Assembly (NCBI RefSeq): GCF_009914755.1
Contig: NC_060925.1
Reading direction: 5' to 3' (one strand)
DNA: 64,000 bases
From: the human T2T-CHM13v2.0 reference genome, Homo sapiens
The notes below the pieces were generated by a model. The model was not told the DNA's origin and searched no databases. It worked only from the letters and a program-made list of their open reading frames with translations. Of the stretch, positions 36,537 through 50,329 are shown in pieces; positions within the stretch are counted from its first letter, which is position 1; every line of letters begins with the position of its first letter. Made by a program: the position numbers and the translations under genes.

Positions 36537-39500
36537 ATACACACTATATTTCAAATCTATTATTTAGATACATATACCTGCCTGGTAAAAATATGGAAAA
36601 AAGTAGAATGATTTAATAAATTATTAAGAAAGTAGATAATTATTGTCAGAAAAATGCAATCACTTAAGGTCTCAAATGAACTTAAAATATACTGGTATTC
36701 TTCCATCTGATAAATGGGTAGTTATGGGTAAATCAATGTTTTCTTGTACTATATATTGTTCATTAAAATATCCATATTGCACATATAAATATATATGTAT
36801 ATATATGGCAGTACATTTAATATATTAGTTATATTATTGGTGCATTTATTCAGCATTTCTTAAGAAAATGTTTTTCAGGGCATTGACTAGCAATGCCCTG
36901 AAAAATCATAGTTTTATAGTTCTGTTCACTTATTAGTTGTATGCAGTTTTTGGATAAGCATTGTAGAACTAATTTTAGCAGATAACTAATTTTAGCAGAT
37001 TTTTTAAGCCATTGGAGATTTTTACAGAGCCTTGTTTCCCCAAAGGCTTTGTTCTAAGAAAGAAAATGTCTCACAATCTATTTAGAAATCTTTACAATTA
37101 TAACATCAGAAACACTGGACATGATTGTGTACCAAATATAACAAAAGGTGTGCCAAAAATATCATCATGATTTAATTTAGTTTAAAATGAGATAAATACA
37201 AACTAGGCAATAAGATGATTTTTAAAATCTGTAATTACCAGCTTATATGCAACCATTCTCTCTATAAATAACTTATACTCTACAAACTGGCATTGGAAGA
37301 AGGTACACTGGATAGACAGAGTCAAATTGAAGGGAAGAGCAAGATTACAGACTACACCCTTTCTTATTGTTACCTGACTGGAATATCAGGAGGCCGTTTA
37401 TAAAAGAAATATTTTGAACTTTTGAAATCCACTGACTTTGGTAAGTGTGGCATCTTCTCATAGAGATTCTCTTCATTCTTTTTACAAATAAGGAGCTTCT
37501 CAAACTTACCACCCTCTTACAAAAGACACACATTGAAAACTTACAAATACTAATTATACCCCAGTCATACCTGACTTAAAAATGAAAATGACATGTCTCT
37601 CTATAAAGAACACAGTGCCAGCTATCACACTGTTTGCTAGTGAGAACAGCCAGCGAAAGTTAAAATGCGTTCATTTATGGTTAAGAAATTGGGGAACAGA
37701 TGCCAAGATAAATGGAGCATATCAAGAGTATGTAAATTTTTGACAAACATAGTAAACACAATGTTTCCAAAATACGGCCTCTCGGCAAATTTTTATCTTA
37801 CAAAATTTTAATTTGTCGCTCTAAATCTATGCTATTTTTAAAGGATACAAATGAACTTACATTCCAATGTAATGGCATTTGAAAATTTCCTGGGTAAACA
37901 TGATAAATGAAGAAAATTTATTACTGGTAAATAATAGGTAGTGACAGAAAATGCTGCAAAATGAAAAGGTGTTAAAGCTGGCCCAAACTGCAAGTAAGAA
38001 GAAAAAAAAACCTCTTTACTGTCTAGCCATCAATGAGCCTGCTGAAGCCAGGAAAAATCTGGCACCTCTCCCAGATGAATACAAATGAAATTTAAAAAAT
38101 TACAAGGCACAGGTTACTGCTCATCAATGGGCTTGCATGCAATATTAGTCACATGAGAAAATATACAATTGCTCCTACTGGGATACAAATTTATTCCAAC
38201 GAATATATCCTCCCCTCAGAGAGGCGAATTATGAAGAAAAATTTAAAAAGTTAAGCTAGTTCTCATAGGAAATAGAATGGTTGTCATTTAATTGAAGTTT
38301 TAAACCCAGCAGGAATCAACAAAATCATTCCAAGTGAACTCCTTATATTTGTAAAAGGGAGTGAAAAACAAGATAAAATGTTAGCAGAATGTTATTTCAA
38401 GCTTAACTGTTTTATAAGTCAAGGGATGCAAACTATTTTGCAGTAATATTCTTTATTTTACTATTTCTTATTTTTTTATCAAGCTTGTTTTCTAATGGAT
38501 TTGAAATCATTTACTTGTTTCTATTTAGCATAATTTGGGAATCACATGAAACAGAAAATCAGAGGTGAGTATATTGCAGTGGATGTCGTAAGTCAGCAAA
38601 GATGAGCCCATTATCACAATTGTGCGCTAGATTTGATTTATGGTTTAATGACACTACAATGTGTACACCTTAAATCCAAAAATGGTACAGCATTCCTTCT
38701 TACATCCCCACCACCACTACCATTTCTTGCACTGAATATATCTGAATTAATGAATGCAAATAAAACAAAAAGTCATAATAATTATTATTATTTAAATGTT
38801 AAACAATATTTGTTCAAAAACAGTATTGTGCAAATACTTGTGCCAAAAATTCAGTGCTGAGCAAGGCCATATGCTTGACCTCAAGACGCTTATGGCTTGA
38901 TGAGAGAGAGAGAGCCAAGAAAATAGATAGTTTCAATTCACTGTGGGAGGTTCAAAGACAGGGCAAGTTGACACGTTGCATACACACGTTGAACAACCAA
39001 ACCAAGAATCAGGAGCTAGAAAAAGTTTCCTGACACATTTTACATTTAAGAAAAATAATAAGTAGAAATTAAACAAGAAAACAATATTCAGATTAGATGG
39101 AGTAATAAATTCATTTGCAAAAGCATTGCTCTCCAGAAAATTGTTATTAATATTTCTAATATGAAAATGATTTGACATATTTTTCCTATTTCCCATATTC
39201 TGTTGAAATAAATTATTTTAATTGATTTGAGCAACCTTTTCTTTATTGAATTCATAATAATAAAAAGAGGTGGGACCATTATGGAGTTAGATCTAATTTA
39301 TTATATAGATTACAGATTCAGCATATAAAATATTAATTATGCTTAGGTAAAAATTATCCAGAGAGTTTCATTGCCTATACTGAATAAATGTCTATAATTC
39401 TGCCACACATTAATAACTTATATGCATTTTCCAATAAACTCAACTCAGTCCTATTTTTCTTCATTATTGAAACAGATCAATTTGGCTGAACTTGAACATT

Positions 39501-39867
39501 AAATGATGGTACTGGCTTGTTTACTAGCAATGTTTTGTGGGAAATTACCTTCCTTAAACACAAAATCCCTGTCAGTATTGTGTGAAATTTATTCTGCGAA
39601 CATTGTGAAGAAACTAGAACTTCTGAAGAGAGTGGATTCCTATCTTTCATTATATGATCACTCACCTCCCTGAATAGAAGCAGAAGAAATTAGTCTATTC
39701 ATTCCTATTTATACTACTTAAAATAATGTCTGTCTGTACCTCTGTCTCTGTTTCAGCCCCTGCTTCCCTCTCTCCATCCCTCTTTTCCTTTCCCTGATTC
39801 TCTGTTCCCTCATGCACAATACATATAATAGTTTTTTAATTCTCTTTTTAATTCTTTTTTTTTCATG

Positions 39868-40302
39868 GTAATAGTTTTTTGTTAATTGTTGCATAACAAA
39901 TTGCCACACAGTGATTTAAGTAACTCTTGTGTATTATTTCACATTTCCATAGTTCGGAATTTTTGGTCATGGGTTCTCTACTTATTTTCTTACAAATCTA
40001 AAACCAAGATACTGACAAGTTTATATTCTCATCTAAAACTTGGGAGTCCTCTTCCAAACACATGTAGTTATGGCAGATTTTTGTTCTTTGCAGATTTAGG
40101 TCTGACAGCCATGTCTTCTTGTTGGTTTATCTGCCCAGGAAAATCTCCCTACCTTAATGTGAACTGGTTTAGAAGCTTAATTACATCGACAAAATAGCTT
40201 TACCCTAATACCTAAATTGCACTTGATGGAATAACTGAAAGAAGCTATGTGTATACTGGGCACTAGGAATTGTGAGGGCTATTGTGAAATTCTGCCTACA
40301 AC
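39868..40302 (-). mobile_element. MaLR LTR (MLT1E-like)
   Basis: gcataacaaattgccaca...aaattctgcctacaaca terminus. Confidence 0.75.
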
Positions 40303-40521
40303 ACATATGGTTAAGTTTACTCAGATTAGAAAAGTTGTGTTGTAGTTTCACTGATGTAAAGGGTATGAACACATTTTAAAGCTTTGCCTTCTTAGGGTCA
40401 AACTGCTCAAGTTTATTTTAGAGTTAAGTGCAAATGGCGGTCTGGTAACTAATGTAAACATTCTTCATTATATCTTAACCTGAATCAACTTATGACAGAT
40501 GGATTTAAACTTAAAATAAAA

Positions 40522-42013
40522 ATAGATTTTGGAAAGTTATATCACTAGGTTGTTTCTGGAGTGTATCTTTCCACAGAAGTTTGAGTTTAATCTAAGGCTA
40601 ATGAAAAGGCTTGGAACACTGGATAATACAAACTAAACTTTACCATTCTGCTTTTTCAAAGAATTTAACACATGTGGATGAAAAAGCTTTGTATAACAGC
40701 ACTGTCCAAATTATAATACTAAGTGATCTTTGGGGTTGATCTAAATAGGTTCTCAGTAAAAGCTTTGCAGCCTGAAAAACAGTGTGTTTCAAGGAACTAT
40801 GCATGAAATCATGTTATTCCAAGTACACAAACTCACAGTAATATGTGACCTATTTTTAGGAGTCTAATAAATACCTAGGAAAATAATGTGTATACAAATG
40901 TTCATGTCCAAAACTTTATATAACTGCTATAAATGTGATACAAAAATGCCATAAATATTGGAAAGAAAGAGATATTTCTGGTTTCAATGAATAAAAGGGA
41001 GGGGCTCTTTATAGTAGAAAATATTTAAGTTGAATTTATAAGGACACCCAGAATCTCAGCTGAAATGTATGGAAAATAGATTGAGAAAATATAAACAATG
41101 TCTCATTGAGTGTAGCAAGAGACAGTATAGTTCTTTAACAAACACTTCATGGTTTCCACGGCAAATGCTTGACTTACGATTCATACGAAGATAAGCTTTA
41201 GCATTGTTTAACAGTTTCTGGCAAGTTGTGGTCTAATAAACTATTTCTAGCTATTCTGAAGTTTCAGATTATTTTAACAAAGTCAATAAATGAATAATTT
41301 ATTATTAACATATTAAATATGAAAATATGAATTCTAAAAAAGTTAAAATAATATTTTATAGGAGTTAAATATTACATAATTAACATAAACATTAAAACAA
41401 GCAGCCTCACCCATATCATTAGTACTTGTCTTGCTAGAGCTAACCACGTTTTTCGGATTGGTGAATATATCTAGAGATTTTATTTCCAGTATACTCACAT
41501 GAGAGTTTTAATGGGACTTTCTTTGTGTCACAGAATATTTTTTAGAAAACTTCTATGATATTAAATACAGTATTTATTTAGTATATTATATTTATTATAT
41601 AGTATTTGATGGCAGAGTGTTCATGTGTTTTTTTTTCAATCATTTCCCCTTTTAGAGAAAATGAAGGTATTTCCAATTTTTGATCATTGTACATATTGAA
41701 GCAATTACTATTCTTGCTTATTTTCTGGAAATGTGCACGTTCACTTATCCAATGGAATCACTTAGTCAATATAATCACTTAGTATTATCAATTAGATAAT
41801 CAATATAATCACTTAGTATTATAATTTGGACAGTGCTGTTATACAAAGCTTTTTCATCCATGTGTGTTAAATTCTCTGAAAAAGCAGAATGGTAAAGTTT
41901 AGTTTGTATTATCCAGTGTTCCAAGCCTTTTCATTAGCCTTAGATTAAACTCAAACTTCTGTGGAAAGATACACTCCAGAGACAACCTAGTGATATAACT
42001 TTCCAAAATCTAT
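40522..42013. repeat. 206-bp inverted duplication (40522-40727 / 41808-42013)
   Basis: Manual reverse-complement alignment: 4 mismatches, no gaps. Confidence 0.97.
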
Positions 42014-42028
42014 AAGTGTTGGATAAAT

Positions 42029-42325
42029 TCATTCATTTATCCAACAGCTATTTTTCAATGCCTACTATCAATCTAGTACTGCTCTAGGTATTGGGGACCT
42101 ACTCGTTCACTAAGAAATATAAAGCTCCTGATTTCATCAATATTATTACCTGGGAGGTTGGAGGGAGGCAGACACTAAAAATGAATTAACATTTTAAGTA
42201 ATATGGTTAGTTATAAGTACTGTGGAGAAAAAATAGTTACTGGAATGGAGAGGGATATTGGGTGTCCTTGAAATGCTTTTTTAAGGAGGTGACATATAAC
42301 CAGAACCTACATGAAGAAAGAAAAT
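42029..42325 (-). mobile_element. L2 3' end
   Basis: tcattcatttatccaaca...tgcctacta...tgctctaggtattgggga. Confidence 0.8.
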
Positions 42326-42329
42326 GTAC

Positions 42330-45317
42330 AGCTATTCCCACCAGTGTTTTCTGGCCAAAAGAGGTTTCAAACCACCCTGGGATGGAGCTCCCAGAGGGAA
42401 AGGCAGGCTACCATTTTTGCTGTTTGGGAGACTTAGCTCTTCCACCCTTTGGGCTTTGAAGAGTCTAAGGTGACAAGGGCTAAAACGTACCCCCAGGGCA
42501 GCACAGCTGCTCTATCCAAATGTGGCCAGACTTCTTTTTTAAGCTGATTCCAGATCCCATTCCACTTCACTGGGCAGGACTTCCCAACCAGGGTGTTCAG
42601 CCACCTCCTACCGGTTCGTTCATGCTAGCAACTGGTCCATAACTCCTTGGGACAGAGCTCCCAGAGGGAAAGAAAGGCTGCTATCTTTGCTATTTCACAG
42701 CCTTCACTGTTGATACCTGCAGGTACTGGAAAATCTGAAGTGTCTAGGGACTGGAGTGAACTCCAAGCATACTGCAGCAGTCCTACACAAAAGTGCCAGA
42801 CTGTTACATGGGTGCCTGTTCCCATATCTCCACACTGGGCAGGTCCTCCAGGCCTAGGCATCCAGCCACCCCCTGCCAGGACCATTAAGCCAGTAGGATC
42901 TCTGCAACTCCCCGGACAGAGCCACCAGGGGAAACTGAAAGCCTCTCTGCCACTGCCTTTGCTACTCTCAGACTAATGAAGGAGAAAAGACCTTAAGTGC
43001 CTCATCCACACCTCCAACAAGCTGCGTTCAACCCAAAGAGAGGAGGCCAGTACATCTCCCACGGGTCCCACTCACTATCCCTAATCATCTCCAGACAGGG
43101 AAACCCTGACTTGGGACACAAAATATAGACTCTCCATCCTGGGGTGATTGCACTGAGCAATTGCTGATCTGTATCTCTTTTGGGTGGAGCCCCCAGAAGA
43201 CAAGCAAAAGACCCTTGGCCACAACCATCACTAAAATCCCTTCCTTTGCTGCATCCAACTTGGGAAAGGAACACAATACCTTAGCTTCCAGAGCTGCACT
43301 GAGCAGTCCAGGAGTTCCAAGCCATGATCTATAGCCAGTACTCAAGGGGGAGAGGAGCCCCCACTTTCAGACCACTGGGGGGGAACATGGCTGCAAATGT
43401 GAAGAAACATAGGGGAGCCACACAATGGACCAAGAGTCTACCAACTGGCCAATATGCCTAAGTACCACCTACTGGATCACATCACAAAGCTTCAACAGCC
43501 CCCTCAAAAATACCTTGCTAACATACGCCTTTGTAAAACCAAAGACAATAAATCATTTTCAAATAAAGACCCTAAACAATGCCTTGGCCCTGTGAAAACA
43601 TCCAGAAAAGACGTCTATTTACTGTATTCAATTTATACTGCAGTTAAGGGAACTCTCACATGCAGAGATGAGAATGAACCAATGAAAGAACTCCAGCAAC
43701 TCGAATGGCCAGAGTGTCACCTGTCCTTCATACAACTGCACCAGTTCTCCAACAAGAGTTCTTAACCAGGCTGAGCTGGCTTAAATAACAGAAATAAAAT
43801 TCAGAATATGGAAAGGAAAGGAGATCATGGACATTCAGGAGAATGGCAAAACCCCATTCAAAGAAACAAAGAATCATAATAAAATGATACATGACAGAAA
43901 AATGAAATAGCTCCTATAAAAAAGAACCAAACTGAAAATTGCAATACAGGAGTTGAAAAACACAATCCAAGAATTTCACAATGCAATCACAAGTATTAAC
44001 AGCAAAATAGACCAAGCTAAGGAAAGAATCTCAGAACTTGAAGACTAGATATCTGAAATAAGACAGTCATGCAAAAATAAATTTAAAAAAGAATGAAAAA
44101 GGATAAAAACATCTCCAAGGAGTATGGGAGTGTACAAAGAATCATTAATCACTGGCATCCCTGAAAGAGAAGGGAAAAAAGCAAAAACTTGGAAAACATA
44201 TTTTAGGATATTGTCATGAAAATGTCCCCCACCTTGCTAGAGAGGCCAAGTGTCAAATTCAGGAAATACAGAGAATGCCTGCAAGATTCTACACAAGAAG
44301 ATTATCCCAAGACACATGACCAACAGATTCTTCAAGGTCAAAATAAAAGAAAGAATGTTAAATGCAGCTAAAGAGACAGGAAGTTTCACCTAAAAAGGAA
44401 ACCCCATCAGACTAAGAACAGAACTCCCAGTGGAAACCCTACAGGCCAGAAGAGATTGCAGGTCTATATTCAACATTCTTAAAGAAAAAAAATCTTCAAC
44501 CAAGAATTTTATATCCAGCCTAACTAAGCTTTCCAAGCAAAGGAAAAATATGATTCTTTTAACATAAGCAAATATTGACAGAGTTCATTACCACCAGACC
44601 TGCCTTACAAGAGATCTTGAATGCTAAATACAGAAAGACTGCTACCAGCTAATACAAAAAGACACTCAAAAACACACTAGTGACACTATAAAACAACCAT
44701 ATAAACAAGCCAGCATAATAAGCAGCTAACAACACAATGACAGGATTACATCTACATATATCAATACTAAACTTATGTGTAAATGGCCTACATGTCCCTA
44801 ACTAAAAGTCACAGAGTGGCAACCTGGATAAAATGTCAAGACTAAATGGTGTGCTGTCTTCAAGACACTCATCTCACATGTAAAGTTATCCACAGGCTCG
44901 AAATAAAGGGATGGAGGAAAATCTATCCAGCAATTGGAAAACAGAAAAAAGCAGAGGTTGTGATCCTCATTTCAGATAAAACAGACTTTAAACCAACAAA
45001 GATAAAAAAATAAAAAATAAAGAAAGGCATTACATAATGGTAAAGGGTTAAATTCAACTAGAAGACTTAACTATCCTAAATATATATGCATTAAACAGAG
45101 GAGCACCCAGATTCATAAAGCAAGTTTTCAGAGACCTACAAAAAGATGCAGATTCCCACACAATAATAGTAGGAGACTTCAACACTCCACTGATGGTATT
45201 AAACAGATCATCAAGGCAGAAAATAAAGATATTCAGGAACTGAACTTAACATTGGACTAAATAGATCTGATAGATCTCTGTAAAACTCTCCACCCAAAAA
45301 CAACACAATATACATTT
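42330..45317 (+). mobile_element. 5' half of an L1PA15/16- or L1PB-like element: repeated-unit 5'UTR, decayed ORF1 (ATG about 43668), ORF2 endonuclease start (ATG about 44737)
   Basis: ggaaagaatctcagaacttgaagac (ORF1); ggagacttcaacactccact (EN GDFNTP). Confidence 0.9.
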
Positions 45318-46853
45318 GCCAACAAGTAGCTTATTAATAATCTCAACAAGAGTAGTTTCCATCAAATGTTGAATAAAGTGATTGAACAGAGTTGTATTCA
45401 TAAGAAAATATGAAGGATGCAATGGGATAGAGAGCTCTCTTGAATATTCTATGAGAAGGAGTATAAATTGCACAATAGCTGGAGCATGGTATGGGGATGT
45501 GAAGTCTTATTTTATGGCACCTGAAGATTATAACTTTTGAAGGGTCCTCATTATGAAAAGAATACGAAATAATAAATATAACACTAAGAATAAAAGGAAA
45601 TACGTGTTCAGAATTTATAAATTTTAATAGTAATTTTAAAATCCACAATATTAATCTACAATCATCACAAACGGACAGGATATTTATAAATTAACTGCTT
45701 GAATCTAACACACCTTTATAATACTCCAGTCTCATGTTTCTAGTGGATGTATAACTTTGTTAGGTTCTTTGTATAACAACAGTTTTAGTATCATTTTCAA
45801 TGGAGATAGTAGAAAGGTAATTCATTAATTTCCATAAGCAAGGTGTTTTAAAATTTAAATTTTTTATAGTTTAGTACTTTTTTTCTCAGATTCACAGGTT
45901 TTTATGGAAGATATCAGCAATATTAGATTGTTATTAGACTTGACAGTTTTAGGATTATTGTAGAATTTTTTAGAACTTCAACATTTTTTATAATTGTATG
46001 ACTATAAATATTTCATTGTCCTCAGCATCTAACAAAGCTAACTACTCTTTGATTTTATGATACTTTTTAGTAACTTTATTGCTGCCACACATTTTCTTCT
46101 ATATATATTATGCATCCCGTTATACATTATAACTTTTTTATTTTGAGAATTATCATTTAAAGAAATTCAAAATTCAAAATTTATTTTCTATTTAGCCACA
46201 TTATTGCCATTTCCAGTGCACTTTATTCCTTTTTGCATACCCACATTTACATATGGTATTATATTATTTCAGTGTGACAAAGTTTCTTTAGCATTTCTTG
46301 TGCTGTAGATGGCTGGCAATAAATTTGTTCAGCTTCGGTATGTCTGAAAAACAAAAGTATTTTATCTTCATGTTTTGAAAAATTATTTTACTGTTTATAG
46401 ATTGCAGGATTGTTTCTCTTCCAGTACTTTAAAGAAGTCACCCGTTTGCCTTCTAGCTTTCATAGTTTCTGACAAAATTCTGTTGTTTTCCTTGGTATGT
46501 TACATTTCTCTCTCCCTTTCTTTTATTCTTTTTCTTTCTCATTCTCTTTTTCTTTCCCTTTTCTCTCTCTCCATCCCACTTCTCTTCTCCTAATTCTGGC
46601 AGGCTTCAAAATATTGTCTTACTCTTTCGATTTTAGACAGTTGATTCTGACTTTCCCAATATGTTTATCCTTATATTGATTATGCTTGGGTTTCCTGGCT
46701 TTTTGTAGATCTGTTTTTGTTCATGTGTTTTTTGGCCGTCAATATTTTAGCAAATAGTTTGCTATTGTCTCTTCAAATACTTCTGCTCCATTCTATCTCT
46801 TCTCCTTCTTTAACTCAATTCCCTTTTTTTCTCAACTTAAAAAATATATATGT

Positions 46854-47155
<302 letters not shown>

Positions 47156-47197
<42 letters not shown>
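47156..47197. repeat. (TA)n(TG)n microsatellite
   Basis: Direct reading. Confidence 0.95.
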
Positions 47198-47501
47198 TCA
47201 AGTTTTTGTAATTTAATTTGGGTAAATTATTTATCCTCTGGTTGTAATTTATTAATACATTCATTAAAATAAGTTTTATGTCTAATGAATTTTGTATTTC
47301 TAATACTTCTTTTGACTCCTTTTTATAGTTTTCCTCTCACTGCTAAAATTCCCTTCCCCCTTTTTATACATAATGTTCATTACATCTGCTAGATCCTTTG
47401 AAATAATAGTTACAGTTACTTTAAAGTTTCTGCTTGATGGTTCCAACATCTGTGCAATATATGACCTGGTTTATTAGCTGCTTTACCTCTAAAGAACAGG
47501 G

Positions 47502-47534
47502 GTGTGTGTGTGTGTGTGTGTGTTTCTGTGTGTG
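47502..47534. repeat. (GT)n microsatellite
   Basis: Direct reading. Confidence 0.95.
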
Positions 47535-50329
47535 AGTAGTAATTTTTTGTTTAAATGTGAAACATGTGTTTTTAAAAAACGGAACAAAAAGTTAATAGAT
47601 AGAAGTGTGAATATTCTGTCAATAACTGTGGAAAGCTAAGTCAATCTAGCCAGTAGTTGAGGTGAGTTTCGGTTTTGTAGTTTTTACAGCTTTCAGTGCA
47701 TTACAGACTGCAACGTCTTCCACTGATGGTTTTTTGTGGTTTTACTTTGAGTGTCACGTAGTTTCATATTTTTTCTTAGTGTTTGAGGTGCACCACTAGC
47801 TTTCAGAAATGAATATTTCTCGATGCACTTGTCTTTCACCCTGCAACACGCTGCTGTTACTGGTTACTCAGCATAAGGTTCATAATAGGAACTGGAAGAT
47901 TTCTCAGTTTTCCATCATAAAATTACTTTCAGACAAGCCACGGAACCTCAAACTTAGGCGTGAGGTCTTATTAGCATTGCTCCTCTTTCCCCTGTGACAG
48001 CTAAACCCTGCTTTAAGATTTTTGGGTAGTCTTGGGTAGGCACATGATTAAGTCCCCCCACCACTCAAATTATAGTAGACCACTGCTTATTATGAAGTCA
48101 GAGCCCTGGTCCCAAGTGCTTTTTCTGCTATTCTCCAGGCAGATAGCATTCCCTTCATACTTAAAAAGAGTCTGAGATCTTAGTAGTGGTCTGGGTTCTA
48201 TGTCTGTAAACAAATGAAAATCCCTAACATTTCCAGACTTGTTATCAATCATTCCCTGGTGGACTTCCCATGTATTTGGGGCATTAATGGATTCCAGGCT
48301 ATCACGCTGGTCCAAATTTAAACTTTGAAACTAATTTTTAAAAATCATTTGTTTTCTATTTAACCATTTTTCTGGGTGTCAATTTTTTCCTTGCCAAAAG
48401 TGAAACAATGTGTGTCTCATACCTATTTGTAGCATGTTTTCATTATTTGGAATTAAGTCCACCTACTTGCCTTGTGAACTCACTTTTCTAACAAGCTTAC
48501 AAAAAGTTATGATTGTATAAGTTACTCAGCTCTTTCTTTCTGATTGTTAGATGGGGAGTAATGATCTTTTGAAGGTTTCTACATCTTAAATGGAAGTGGA
48601 AACTCCAGTTATTTTTTTTTCAACTTTAGTGTTTATAATTTTTTATTGTTTTCTAAGCAGCTAGATTTTGTTTAATGGCCAATTAAACTGGATAACTTTG
48701 TCCAACTAACTCTTTATTATGGCTTTTAACATATTATGATCTATTTTTACTATTATATACTATTTACTATAATGTTTTCTATGTCATCTTCCCTATTTGT
48801 AAACCCTGTTTTGAATTTTTGAGGCACAATTAGTCCTTTTATCTTCATATGGCTTTGGAAAACTATAACTTATTTTATGTGGCATTTCATGTGGCATTTC
48901 CTCAGTACCTATTTTATTATGTAATAAATATTCCATAAAAATGTATTAAGTTGGTCACTATACCTTTCTTCTTCCCCAAACATAAAGAATTTAGAAGTTG
49001 CAAAACCAAAATCTTCCATCTCAATTGGCATATATTGTTACACAGTATTTTATTTCTACCTCATTCTCTACTGAAAATAACTCATTGTTCTTATTTTCAT
49101 TATTAGCAATATTATTTACATATAGAATGCTTTTCTTAGGTATATCAGTGATTTCTAGTTTCGTTGTTTACTGATTATTTATAAATTAAAAATTTTGTTA
49201 AGGTTGACAGAGCATGTTTCTTTCTGTTTTTAAATTTACCTGTCAAATTTTTCCTTGTAGGCTACAAGTTTTTGTAACAAATCAAGTAAATGTTTCTTTT
49301 TAAATATTTTTGAATCCATTTCTAACATCCCTTTTTGCATATTTTATCTACCTATTTTAATATATCTTTATTCTTTGGTAATGTTATTTACCAGGTTTCT
49401 TAAATCTGTCACACCTGCCACAATGTTTTGACCAGCGTATATGCTAATTATTTCTGCTTCTCATATGGCTGCTTAGAATTTTTTAAATTGCAAATTTTAT
49501 CTTTCTGATTCATTCCAGGAAGTCTTATCTCTGTTTGGCTCCCATATCTCTTATTTGAATCTTAGTTTCACATATCACAACTGTGTTTTCAGAGGATAAA
49601 ATAACAAAACTATTTTTAAAATAATTTTATTTTTCTACCAAAACTCATATCATGTGTACTTTTATGAGCTTTTGTCGATTATTTTTTCATTCTATATATA
49701 CATGTATAAATTGACTTCATACCAGTTTTTGTTGTTGTTATTCTTTATAAATAGTGCCACATTTATGGTTCTTTCTGAAATGACTCTGCCAAATAACAAT
49801 AGAGAGTAGCACTAAGTTATTCTAGTCAGCATTAATATTTGCTCTCTTTCAGGAGAAATAGAAAAGCAAACTTTAATACGAGCACTTTTCGCCAGTCACT
49901 GTGCCTACATCTCTAGAGGAAAGAGCAGAGATGAAGGATCATGCAGAAAGACCAACTTTGAAGAGGCCTAAAAAGAGTTCCTGGACTCAGTTGCTGCTCG
50001 ATCAGGTCCAAGTCTCAAAGATCTGTGATTTGCCCTCAATAAAGTCAGCAGTTGCTGTTTGTATGATACATTGAGAAGGCCTCCATAGGTTTGCCTGCGC
50101 CTGCAAAGGAATTTCATTTGTGGGAAAAGTTGTTAGTAGAGTTGCTAAGCTCTTGAACTGGGACAGAAGTGCTACATGTACATGTGAAGTTGACTTCCAA
50201 TTATTCTTCTAATCTAATAAGCCTACCTTGTGGCTCTGGAAATAGTGATAAAATGGGTAGTTGTGGGCTGTGTAGGCAATGGAGACAAAGGCTGTTCATC
50301 TTTTCTCATTGTTTTACCTCTAACCTCAC

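Noticed and set aside
41756-41822. CRISPR-like repeat-spacer pattern
   Set aside because: Only two full 22-bp units, eukaryotic context, and explained as a junction stutter
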